This document shows, piece after piece, positions 9,323 to 18,500 of a stretch of DNA of 64,000 bases. The DNA is from an uncultured Chitinophaga sp. (lineage in GTDB: Bacteria > Bacteroidota > Bacteroidia > UKL13-3), in NCBI GenBank assembly GCA_964355075.1, contig CAYHCF010000003.1:1861-65860 (forward strand), given 5' to 3'. Position 1 is the stretch's first letter. Every line of letters starts with the position of its first letter. A program made the translations under genes and the position numbers. The notes under the pieces are model-generated. The model did not search any database and was not told where the DNA came from. It saw nothing but the letters and a program-made list of their open reading frames with translations.

Positions 9323-12300
9323 TTAGTTCACCTGCAATTTTTTCATATAAACGCGGTCTCCGGTTTGAACCTTTAACAGGTAAAATCCTTTTGGTGAAGT
9401 TTGAAGATCAATTTCTTCTGTTTGTAAATTATTTTTACTGATGATTTTATGCATCACTTCTTTGCCCAACATATCCAAAACAAATACCTGAATATCTTCC
9501 TTCTGAACATCCGCCAAACGAACATGAATCATTCCATTGCTTGGGTTCGGATATACACTCATCAATTTGTCAATATTCATAATGTCTGTTAAACCGCTGG
9601 GTCCTACATATAAAGAACGAATAGCCTCATCAGATTCATTGCCCGATAAATCCTTTACTTTATAGCGAACACTGTACAAACCAATATCATGTGCAAAGGG
9701 TTTTCCATTTTGCAATGGCAAACTATTTATTGCCACCAAATTTGCCCGCATCTGTGCATCGGTATTGTAATTATCTACCAACTGTACCGGAGCATCCACA
9801 TATTCTGTCCACTGAGGAACGTTCACATCGGTAATGTTCAACAGGTTTACAACAGGTTTGGTGGTATCCACCACTCTTATCTCCCTGCTCACCGAATCCT
9901 GGTTTCCGGATGGATCGGTGGCAATATACCAGATGGTATAGCTTCCCAAAACATTCATATTCACTGCGCCTTTTTTTGTTACCACGATGGTATTGGATGG
10001 CCAGTAATTATCGGATACCGTCACCCATGGATCTGCAAATCCACTGAATACCTCTATGGTCATCGGGCTGCTTCCATTCAGGTAAATATTGGGCGATTTT
10101 GTGTCTCTTACCCGCACTTCTACTGCTACCTCATAGCCAATATTTCCGCTTCCGTCTCTTAAATTATACAAGATCAAATAAGTGCCTACCTTGTTTACAT
10201 CTACCGAACCAATCCAGGTTAATACCAAGGCATTTGCTGACCAGAAATTATCGGTTTTCCCAACTATAGTGGCCAGATCAATGGCCGAACCCACCTGCTG
10301 AATGTAAATGTTATTGAACGGTGGAACAATAACCGGTCTGGTAGTATCTCCAACAACGATTGCCCTACTAGCTGTTTTGAAGTATCCAAAGGCATCTGTT
10401 ATCACATAACCGATACTGTAAGAGCCCAGTTTTGAAGTATCCAGATTACTGCTTACTACTACCTGACTGCTGATATCCATTCCCTGATTGTCTTTGGCAA
10501 CATAACCCGGTTCAGTATATTTTTTGTAAACTTCAACATACATGCTTGCCGAACCATTCAGGGTCAGACTCGGGCCGGTTTGATTGAGTATCACATACAC
10601 GGTTCTGTTCAGGGTATCACTCACATTTCCATACAGATCTTTTACAATATAGCGCAGGTAATTGGGTCCCACTTTGCTGGTATCTACCGTCCCAATTGTT
10701 ATATATTTACTGCTGATATCTCCCTCAATATTGTCCATGGATATTACGCCCGGATCTACAAAAGCTTTGTGTACTTCGGTAGCATAGGCAGAGCTGCCAT
10801 TCAATGAAATGCTTGGTTTTACGGTATCCATCGGGAAGTTCACTACATAATCTCTGAATACACCCAAAAACAAGACACTTGGATTCAGTTGGGTACCTGC
10901 ATAGGTAACACCTACTCTCAATCGGGTGCCTCCTAATTGCTGGGTTCCACTGATGGAAATCGTATCTATTTTCTGCAAAATATTGCTGGCCATGTCGTTC
11001 ATCACCAACTCATCATTGGTAAATAAACCATCCATGTTTCTGTCTAACCAGGCTTTTCTGTCCATAGGACTGCTGATACCCGGACGCGCAATCTTTAAGA
11101 CATGTTTCATGCCTCTGTACATATTAGCTGATTGGTTGCCCAATACCATCTGATAGCAAGGCGTAAATGAATTTACTGCGGTATCTAAACCACTTTGTAA
11201 CTGAACCCGGCTAATCCCGATACTGCCATCGGCCAGACCAATATCTGTTAAACACTGTGGCTGATCGTAAGCACCAATATTGATATAATCAACCTTGATC
11301 AGCGAATCGGTACCAAATTGATTGGTTGCAACCAGTTTTACGGTGTATTTGGTTCTTTGGGTAAAGCGGATGATCGGATTGCGGCTGGTTACCACATTGC
11401 CCACTTTTACTGTTCCCATGATGGCCTGATAATTTCCACCGGTAATGATCCAGTTCCATACACTCGGTCCAAACAAACTCTGATCGGTAAACCGGAAGGT
11501 ATCGGTATTAAATCCCTGAACTTTATCTACTGTAAATCTTACCAAAGGTTTTTGGTTGGTAGGCAGGAACAATACATTTTTACAACTGGTATCTGCACCC
11601 AAACAGTTATAGGTTACCAAACATATTTTACGGTAAACGGGAGAGCTTACCACAAAGGTTCTGGTGGCAGTAGGTCCTGTGGAATCATAACCGTTTAAGC
11701 CATCGGTATCCCATGAGTATTGCATGAGGGTTCCTGTTGAGGTATTTGAATACTGAACCGGCTGGTTATGATAAATGGTATCGGGCACCACAATATGAGA
11801 TTGTGGAATGCCATAACTCGCTCCCTTAATAGCCCACCTGATCGAGAAGCCTGCTGAATCATATGGATTTGGTATGGTTCCGTTGCCGGTCATAAATCTT
11901 AAAAACAAGCGGTTGCCACCCCTGATTCCATTATTGATAATGGCTTGTGGCAATACCCCCACACTGGCAGCTCCCAGTTTTCCGATGATAGGTGCGCTTT
12001 GACTCGTTCCGTTATGGATAACGAGTGTATCGGTTGGCAACATCTTAATGCGATCCACAAATAAAAAGATACTATCGGCGCAAGGATTTAGCAGAAAGCC
12101 CGGGCAGCCCGATACCTGCGACCTTGTATAAGAGAAGGCCGGTCCACTCGGACCAAACACAAAGCCCTGATCCCAGCTACTACTGGTTGAGCCACTGCCA
12201 CTGCACATATTTACACTATTGATAACCTCTATATAGTTTTGCTTGCATATCGTATCCCATCCCCGGGCATTCCATACCTGGAGGCAGATGGCATATTTAC

Positions 12301-13399
12301 CCGGAAAGCCTCCAAACAAGAGTGGGTTCTGACCGAGTGGATTAGAGAAGAAATTGGCAAAATACGGATTGGGTACATTCGTTACATCCGGATTGATCGT
12401 CCAGTACCATTGGTTGGGACCGTAAGAGCTGATATCCACCAAGGAGGCATAATCGGCAATACCGATCTTGGTTCGGGCCGAAAAGAAATTGGGCACCGGT
12501 GCTCTGGAGGGCGTATCTACCCAAATGTATTTTACGATGCTATCGCGCAGGGAATCTTTTTTGTAATCATTGATAGAAAGCAGTCGAACCGGCCAAAATC
12601 CTCTCCTTCCAAAAGTATATCTGAATTTAGAATAGTATTTAGCGGTATCAATATAGAGTTGTGAAGTAAAGCCCACATTGGTTCGGGCATAACCGGGATT
12701 TAAAGTTGTTTCTCCGGGCAAATCCCAGTAACTACGAGTCGTATTGGTACTGGTAGATACCAAATCAAACGGACTATTTATCCAAACAGTATCGGTGGGA
12801 ATAGTTGAAGTGGTTGCCTGACTTGGGAAAAAGTTGGCGATGGGCGGTAATGTTAAACCACCTCCTGGCGGAGGAGAAGAAAAGACTTCAATTTCCCTGA
12901 AATTCATATTGGAGCTTTGAGTTCCTCCAACAGTCATATCAATGAACCTGAACATAGAAGTTGATATCGCCGTAAAGTTTATATCCCAACTACAAACAGC
13001 CATATTTGTTTGCGTAAAAGTGGTATGCGTAATCCATGAACTTCCATCCCATCTTTGAAGAGTTCCGCCGTTCATAAAACGGTTGTTTTGTTCCGCATTA
13101 TGAATGGTAATCTTATTAAATGTTACAGTACCTGGCCAAGTAAATTGAATAAAAATTGTTGCTCCAGGATTGGATGCCGCGGAGGTAATCCACATGGATT
13201 GTGTGCCACAGGTTCCATAATTGAGATCATTTAAAGTGGTACAGGCGCCTGTATTGCAGGTACTGGCTGTTGGAGTTGCAAATGGGGCAATATTTGTTTG
13301 GGCATGACTGGAATTTAGAAAGGTTAACACCAATAAGGCTATGGGTAACAATTTTAATGCACCTCTTCCTGTAAAAGTCAGCGGTATTAGTTTACGCAT
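9323..13399 (-). CDS. T9SS cargo protein, paralog C (1358 aa). Discoidin/F5-8 type C-like N-terminal head on the shared body, with a T9SS C-terminal domain.
   Basis: Signal peptide ..LLPIALLVLTFLNSSHAQ. The head (..ATIFIQFTWPGTVTFNKITIHNAEQNNRFMNGGTLQRWDGSSWI..FREIEVF) resembles a galactose-binding-like F5/8 type C domain. The rest matches paralogs A and B, with an identical T9SS C-terminal domain. Confidence 0.85.
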   Translation of the reverse strand: MRKLIPLTFTGRGALKLLPIALLVLTFLNSSHAQTNIAPFATPTASTCNTGACTTLNDLNYGTCGTQSMWITSAASNPGATIFIQFTWPGTVTFNKITIHNAEQNNRFMNGGTLQRWDGSSWITHTTFTQTNMAVCSWDINFTAISTSMFRFIDMTVGGTQSSNMNFREIEVFSSPPPGGGLTLPPIANFFPSQATTSTIPTDTVWINSPFDLVSTSTNTTRSYWDLPGETTLNPGYARTNVGFTSQLYIDTAKYYSKFRYTFGRRGFWPVRLLSINDYKKDSLRDSIVKYIWVDTPSRAPVPNFFSARTKIGIADYASLVDISSYGPNQWYWTINPDVTNVPNPYFANFFSNPLGQNPLLFGGFPGKYAICLQVWNARGWDTICKQNYIEVINSVNMCSGSGSTSSSWDQGFVFGPSGPAFSYTRSQVSGCPGFLLNPCADSIFLFVDRIKMLPTDTLVIHNGTSQSAPIIGKLGAASVGVLPQAIINNGIRGGNRLFLRFMTGNGTIPNPYDSAGFSIRWAIKGASYGIPQSHIVVPDTIYHNQPVQYSNTSTGTLMQYSWDTDGLNGYDSTGPTATRTFVVSSPVYRKICLVTYNCLGADTSCKNVLFLPTNQKPLVRFTVDKVQGFNTDTFRFTDQSLFGPSVWNWIITGGNYQAIMGTVKVGNVVTSRNPIIRFTQRTKYTVKLVATNQFGTDSLIKVDYINIGAYDQPQCLTDIGLADGSIGISRVQLQSGLDTAVNSFTPCYQMVLGNQSANMYRGMKHVLKIARPGISSPMDRKAWLDRNMDGLFTNDELVMNDMASNILQKIDTISISGTQQLGGTRLRVGVTYAGTQLNPSVLFLGVFRDYVVNFPMDTVKPSISLNGSSAYATEVHKAFVDPGVISMDNIEGDISSKYITIGTVDTSKVGPNYLRYIVKDLYGNVSDTLNRTVYVILNQTGPSLTLNGSASMYVEVYKKYTEPGYVAKDNQGMDISSQVVVSSNLDTSKLGSYSIGYVITDAFGYFKTASRAIVVGDTTRPVIVPPFNNIYIQQVGSAIDLATIVGKTDNFWSANALVLTWIGSVDVNKVGTYLILYNLRDGSGNIGYEVAVEVRVRDTKSPNIYLNGSSPMTIEVFSGFADPWVTVSDNYWPSNTIVVTKKGAVNMNVLGSYTIWYIATDPSGNQDSVSREIRVVDTTKPVVNLLNITDVNVPQWTEYVDAPVQLVDNYNTDAQMRANLVAINSLPLQNGKPFAHDIGLYSVRYKVKDLSGNESDEAIRSLYVGPSGLTDIMNIDKLMSVYPNPSNGMIHVRLADVQKEDIQVFVLDMLGKEVMHKIISKNNLQTEEIDLQTSPKGFYLLKVQTGDRVYMKKLQVN

Positions 13400-13496
13400 A
13401 ATAGATAATATTTATTTATTATGCTAAGGTAATCTTTATTCATCTTGTTTTTCTTAATTTTTTCTTAATTTTTTGATTATCGGAGGACATCGAATA

Positions 13497-13535
13497 TAAA
13501 AGGCAGGTAAATCAATCAGATTTACCTGCCTTTTA
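13497..13535 (-). terminator. Candidate intrinsic terminator for scoA.
   Basis: Inverted repeat aggcaggtaaatc / gatttacctgcct with a 6-nt loop, 180 bp downstream of the scoA stop. The T-tract is imperfect. Confidence 0.45.
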
Positions 13536-13574
13536 ATATTACCTTAATGTTTCAATAATTATCCTAAATAATTA

Positions 13575-13600
13575 ATATCAATTCACCTGCAATTTCTATT
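13575..13600 (-). repeat. Orphan relic of the paralog gene 3' end (attcacctgcaatttct), in the same orientation as paralogs A-C.
   Basis: A 17-nt exact match to the reverse-complemented stop-proximal sequence (..KLQVN*) of the family, lying in intergenic DNA 175 bp upstream of paralog C's start codon. Confidence 0.6.
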
Positions 13601-13714
13601 AATAAAAAAATAAATTATAAATCCGATTTGCATGTAGAATATTGAAAAATAGCTTTCAAAAATATTCTAATTAAAATCCGTAAAGCTTATACCAAAAGCC
13701 TTGGGCTAACAGCC

Positions 13715-14413
13715 CTATTTCGCTCTTACTGTAACCTGCTCAATCCGCTTCTCGTAATAGGCGCCTTTAAAAATTCTGTTTACATAAATTCCGGGAGTAT
13801 GAATCATATCAGGGTCCAGCATTCCGGGTTCAACCAGTTCTTCAACCTCTGCTATGGTAATTTTACCTGCCATAGCCATCAAAGGATTAAAATTTCGTGA
13901 AGTAGCCCGAAAGATCAAATTCCCTTGCGTATCGCCTTTCCAGGCTTTTACAATGGCATAATCAGAATCAAAAGCATGTTCAAGTAAATAGGTTTTTCCA
14001 TTAAAATCACGTGTTTCTTTGCCGATGGCAACTTCTGTTCCAACCCCGGCTGGCGTATAAATCGCCGGCATTCCATATCCGCTCGCCATACAACGAGTGG
14101 CTAATGTTCCCTGTGGAATTAACTCAACTTCCAGTTCACCACTCAATAATTGTCTTTCAAATTCGGCATTTTCACCAACGTAAGAGGATATCATTTTTTT
14201 AACCTGTTTTGTTTGCAACAATAAACCGATTCCAAAATCATCCACTCCGGCATTATTGGAGATACAGGTTAAATTTTTTATACCTTTTTTAACCAATTCA
14301 TTAATACAATTTTCAGGGATTCCACATAAACCGAATCCACCTAACATGATCACTGCCCCATCCGGAATATCCTGAATGGCAGCTTTGGCATTTGCAACTA
14401 CTTTATTTAACAT
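13715..14413 (-). CDS. scoA: 3-oxoacid CoA-transferase subunit A (CoA transferase family I, alpha subunit).
   Basis: Full-length similarity to ScoA/AtoD ([10 protein letters not shown].., ..[16 protein letters not shown]-like region [17 protein letters not shown]). Confidence 0.85.
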   Translation of the reverse strand: MLNKVVANAKAAIQDIPDGAVIMLGGFGLCGIPENCINELVKKGIKNLTCISNNAGVDDFGIGLLLQTKQVKKMISSYVGENAEFERQLLSGELEVELIPQGTLATRCMASGYGMPAIYTPAGVGTEVAIGKETRDFNGKTYLLEHAFDSDYAIVKAWKGDTQGNLIFRATSRNFNPLMAMAGKITIAEVEELVEPGMLDPDMIHTPGIYVNRIFKGAYYEKRIEQVTVRAK

Positions 14414-14472
14414 TTAATTATAGAATTATAAGATTACAATAGTTCGACAGGTTCACTATGACAGCAATAGTT

Positions 14473-14491
14473 GTCATCCTGAGCTTGTCGA
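14473..14491 (+). repeat. REP-like dispersed repeat copy (gtcatcctgagcttgtcga).
   Basis: Same motif as the repeat cluster at 49138-49440. Lies in the scoA-clpS intergenic region. Confidence 0.6.
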
Positions 14492-14552
14492 TTAAAAACT
14501 AAATACCGTTCTCGACTCCGCTCGAACTGACAACCAATTACATTGTTTGTTA

Positions 14553-14831
14553 TTATTCCAAAACAGCTGATAAATCCCGGTCACACAATGCCTGGCAGAT
14601 TCCCTGCATATCTTCTAATTCTCCGGATTTAACATTTGCCTTCCCTTTGAAATGAACGATAACAGCACATTGTTCAGCCTGTACCGGATCATGTTCGCAC
14701 ACATCAACCAGACTTTCGATTACCCAATCGAAGGTATTATAATCGTCATTGTACAGAATCACCTTGTGCGAAGGAATATCTTCAACAAATTCTTCAATAT
14801 CTTCTTGCTTTTTAGTTATTTCTTTTGTCAT
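14553..14831 (-). CDS. clpS: ATP-dependent Clp protease adaptor ClpS.
   Basis: A 92-aa protein. The motif ..HKVILYNDDYNTFDWVIESLVDVCEH..AEQCAVIVHFKGKA.. is typical of ClpS. Confidence 0.9.
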   Translation of the reverse strand: MTKEITKKQEDIEEFVEDIPSHKVILYNDDYNTFDWVIESLVDVCEHDPVQAEQCAVIVHFKGKANVKSGELEDMQGICQALCDRDLSAVLE

Positions 14832-14890
14832 TTTTTTTCAAACGGTATAATAAAAAGGATATATTCTGTTCATATACTTTTCATTCATTA

Positions 14891-15544
14891 TCAAGAACTA
14901 CTTATCTCAGGTTTACTATTGAAGTTGAACTTGCTTTCGGAACCTAGCCATAATCTTTTTATATTGGTTCGGTGCGTATATACTGCCATGATTGCAACTA
15001 TTGCACAAAAATAAATAAAAAATTTATCATCCTGGCCATATCTGAACCAAACAAAAAATGGACTAAACAGGCACCCTAATATTGATCCCAGTGAAATATA
15101 TCTGGTAAGCAAAACGGTTAGCACAAAAACTACGACAAATAATACCGAAACTGGCCAACTGATACCCACCATTGAGCCCAAAAGTGTTGCAATGCCTTTC
15201 CCACCCTTAAACCCAACAAATATAGGATAAACATGCCCTAATATTGCAAAAATGGCGAGCAACATTTGTATGTTTCTGAAATCAGTAGTTCCGGGTTCTG
15301 AAGCATATTGAAAAAAGGCCATGGCAGTTGCAGAAAGTCCTTTTAAAAAATCAATTATAAGAACACTGATTCCGGCTTTTTTCCCAAGTACTCTTAAGGT
15401 ATTGGTTGCACCCGCATTTCCACTTCCATGCTTTCGTACATCCACACCATAAAAGGCCTTGCCAATCCATACTGAGGAAGGGATAGAGCCAAGAAGGTAG
15501 GCACCGGCTAATCCCGAGAGGGTATATAATAAGGATGGGTTCAT
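14891..15544 (-). CDS. plsY: Glycerol-3-phosphate acyltransferase PlsY.
   Basis: Polytopic membrane protein with the PlsY signature ..HGSGNAGATNTLRVLGKKAG.. and GFKGGKGIAT. Confidence 0.9.
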   Translation of the reverse strand: MNPSLLYTLSGLAGAYLLGSIPSSVWIGKAFYGVDVRKHGSGNAGATNTLRVLGKKAGISVLIIDFLKGLSATAMAFFQYASEPGTTDFRNIQMLLAIFAILGHVYPIFVGFKGGKGIATLLGSMVGISWPVSVLFVVVFVLTVLLTRYISLGSILGCLFSPFFVWFRYGQDDKFFIYFCAIVAIMAVYTHRTNIKRLWLGSESKFNFNSKPEISSS

Positions 15545-18500
15545 TCTTTTTTCTTCATTGCTTTTACAAACTTATTTCTATCGGATATATTGGCTGTGCG
15601 AATTTTATAATCATCTTTCTCCTTAGAAATTTTGTCAATATTAGTTTTTATAATTTCATTAAACAAGATATCGGAGCTAATCACAGCCATTACTCCTTTT
15701 TGGTATTTAAAATAGTACCAGCTACCCTGAGGCTGTTGTAAGTATATTACCATATCATCTCCTCCGCGGCGTTTGGTGATTTCTATCTTACCTTTTACTT
15801 TGCGTTCAATCTGATATTTTTCGATGCTTCGCAAGCCCATATCTCCAACACTAACATAGGACCGGGTGGGCTGCGACCAGGTCATCGTAAGGTCGCTGAA
15901 GAAAAATGTTTTTTGCAGATCCTCCATGTTTTTACTGCTTATTTCTTCCTCCATATTATCTGAAAGTTTTCGCAGTATTTTTTCATCAACCAATTCGGGC
16001 AGGCTGATTTTAAGAACTCTGGTGTCAAAGTAATCAGATGATGCCTGACTCGATTGTTCACTAATTGAATCGTACATCATTTTTGTTGCCTGAGCAGGAA
16101 GAAGCATATTGACAATCATACTTATTTTCATAATGAATGAAGTGTCCGACAATTTGTAATTTGCGTAACCGGCACTGTGAACAAAAAAACCTTCCGTTTC
16201 AAATCCCAGATTAAATTTGCCATCACCATAAATAAGTTTCTTTTCTTCACTCATGGCCATAAAATTCCCTCGTCCGCCAATACCATATACTTTTTGAAAA
16301 GGCCCTACTCTGAATTCATCAAATTTTTCGATATAGGAAAAAGTTCCTTCACATTTTAACAATTCAGGATCGCTTGTATTTCTCTTACGGGAGAAAAAGG
16401 CAGGATATACATGGGTGGAATCATTTGATACATAAAAACCATTGTACAGAACCTGTCTGTTTAAATTTGTTAATGGCGGAACAAAAGATATGTAAACAGA
16501 ATCAGGATTAATGGTTGCTGTTGCTCTGAACCAATCTGTTTTAGGCAGAAATTGCTGGTGCATGGCTTTGAAGAATCCATTGTATTCAAGATTTTTATCA
16601 AAACTGTGTAGTATCGCATTGCCTCTGAATCCAATTTTTGAACCCACATAAAAATTAATAGAATCAGGTATTAAAGTCTTTCCCTCCAGAAATTTTTTAG
16701 ACACCACATAGATCTGATCGAGATAAAATTTCTGGGGCTTTCTGTTCTTGTCATAATAAGTATAAGTACCGGCGCCTATACAATCTGTTCGTCCGTTTAT
16801 TTTGATAGTCACTTTATCAATGCCATGGTATTTATTTAAAGTATCCGCAATAATTCTTGCATTTAAGAAAATGTCCAAATCGGCATTTGTTCTGATAATC
16901 GCGTTACCGCCATCCGGAATAACACGGCTGTCGGCAATATTAATATAGGGGATTTTACTAACTTTCATCACATAATCACCCAGGGTAAGCAAGGCGCTGC
17001 CTGCAGAGAATCTCAGGCTGTCCTGTGAAGGTTTATTACTTAACAGGTAACTGCCTGCATCCATCTTTTCGGTATTAACCGGACCATTAAACTCAAGTGT
17101 TTTAGGTATCATATCCCATTTAAGTTTCTGAAAGGAACCGTAATAATTGTTCAATACAAAGTTATTATTGATACCGGGGAAATTATTATACGTAAAATCG
17201 GCATATTTCTTTTCCAGATTCACGTAGGCTTTTACCTTTCCGGTTGAAAAAGAAATTTGGGTGGTATCCTTTGGATTTCTTTGTCTGAAAATTGCATCAT
17301 CAGAAAGTAATTCAACCGGTTTCATTTCTATCAAATTGGCAATCAGCTCTCCACCTTCAATGTCCATTCTTCCTTTGGCTTTCATTGCTTTTGGTGTTAA
17401 AATAATGGTTCCGTAAAGTTTGGCTCCATCGTAAGCAATTTTCATAGGTTCACCTTTATTTGTAATAAACATGGTATCCTGCAGTGGAAGCCAATGGGTA
17501 AAAACATTAGGTGATCTGATGATCGTCGGGAATAATGAAGTCCGGTCGTTTTCAAACATATAACTATTTGAATTAACCGAATCAGGCATAAACTCAAACC
17601 GGTGTGAAGAAGTTCTGGAGGCAAGATAGGTTAATGTTCCTTCTCCGATTAAACCATCATTACTTAATCTCAAACTCATATTAGAACTCCCTTTCCCATC
17701 ATATAAACGGTACTTATAGGTTGAATCTCTCGGGATAAAAAAACCAAGAGATTTATCAGGTTGCAAATAGATTTCCTGCCGCATATCAGCCAGGATTCCT
17801 CCCGACACAAAATTTCCGGCAAGTGCCAATGAGTATAAATTCAAATCAGCTAAGCTGTCTAAAGTGAAGGGATCCACATCAAAGTAAAACTTTTCCCGAT
17901 TGTAAACTCCGTTTAGAGTGGTTGGGTAATCATAAAATACTTTTGATCCCACCTCGGAAGTAAAGATGGGATACGTAGGGTATTTTTTTCTGCCCGATTT
18001 ATTATAAGGATAGTCAATTTCAAGAGTACCATAAATATTCTGAATAACACTCTTTACATGTACCATCCTGCCCAGTGAATCATCAACATAAAGGAATTTC
18101 AGAGAGTCAACATTATTGAGCCTGACCTTAAAAGCATTATAATCAAAGGCGAAATTATTTCCGTAAAAATCTACCATCCCCGCTCTTAATTTTCCGCTGA
18201 AATCCATAGCACGGTTTTTCTTTACGGTGAGCATTTGTTCTCTGGGAAGAATATATACATTCTGGGAATCGCTGAAGAAAAATTTTGGCACACCCTGAAC
18301 CACCAGGTCGTTATTTATTAAACTAATATGCGCGTTTGGAATCGCACTGATTGTGGAGCTAAACGAAATGGCATCATAATCCGTTCTGCCATTATGGGCA
18401 TTCACATAATCAATTAATTTACGTTTAACATATACAATATTTTTAGGACCATCAAAGTTCACAAATCCCTTATCATTTAAATCAATCATCTGTATCCTGA

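Noticed and set aside
959-12664. Many plus-strand ORFs of 60-157 aa inside minus-strand paralogs A-C, and the mirror set on the minus strand inside paralogs D-E. Examples are 3619-4011, 7901-8293, 12239-12664, 5351-5824, 9689-10162, 29709-30101 and 34080-34472. They are 'conserved' between copies.
   Set aside because: They are antisense to long, well-supported coding sequences. They recur only because the underlying DNA is duplicated. They have no signal of independent coding.
691-13399. Tandem near-identical repeats that might suggest a CRISPR array or satellite.
   Set aside because: The repeat units are about 4.1 kb complete protein-coding genes, not 25-50 bp repeat-spacer units. No cas genes are present.
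13400-13714. Possible scoB remnant in the 315-bp spacer after scoA.
   Set aside because: No frame of useful length. The content is a hairpin, a ttttcttaatt x2 mini-repeat and the cargo-gene end relic.
14652-15014. 120-aa plus-strand ORF overlapping clpS and plsY, and similar short antisense ORFs at 14011-14202, 20349-20531, 21811-22412, 24602-24787 and 25286-25950.
   Set aside because: They are antisense to confidently identified conserved genes. They have low-complexity or hydrophobic translations typical of AT-rich antisense frames.
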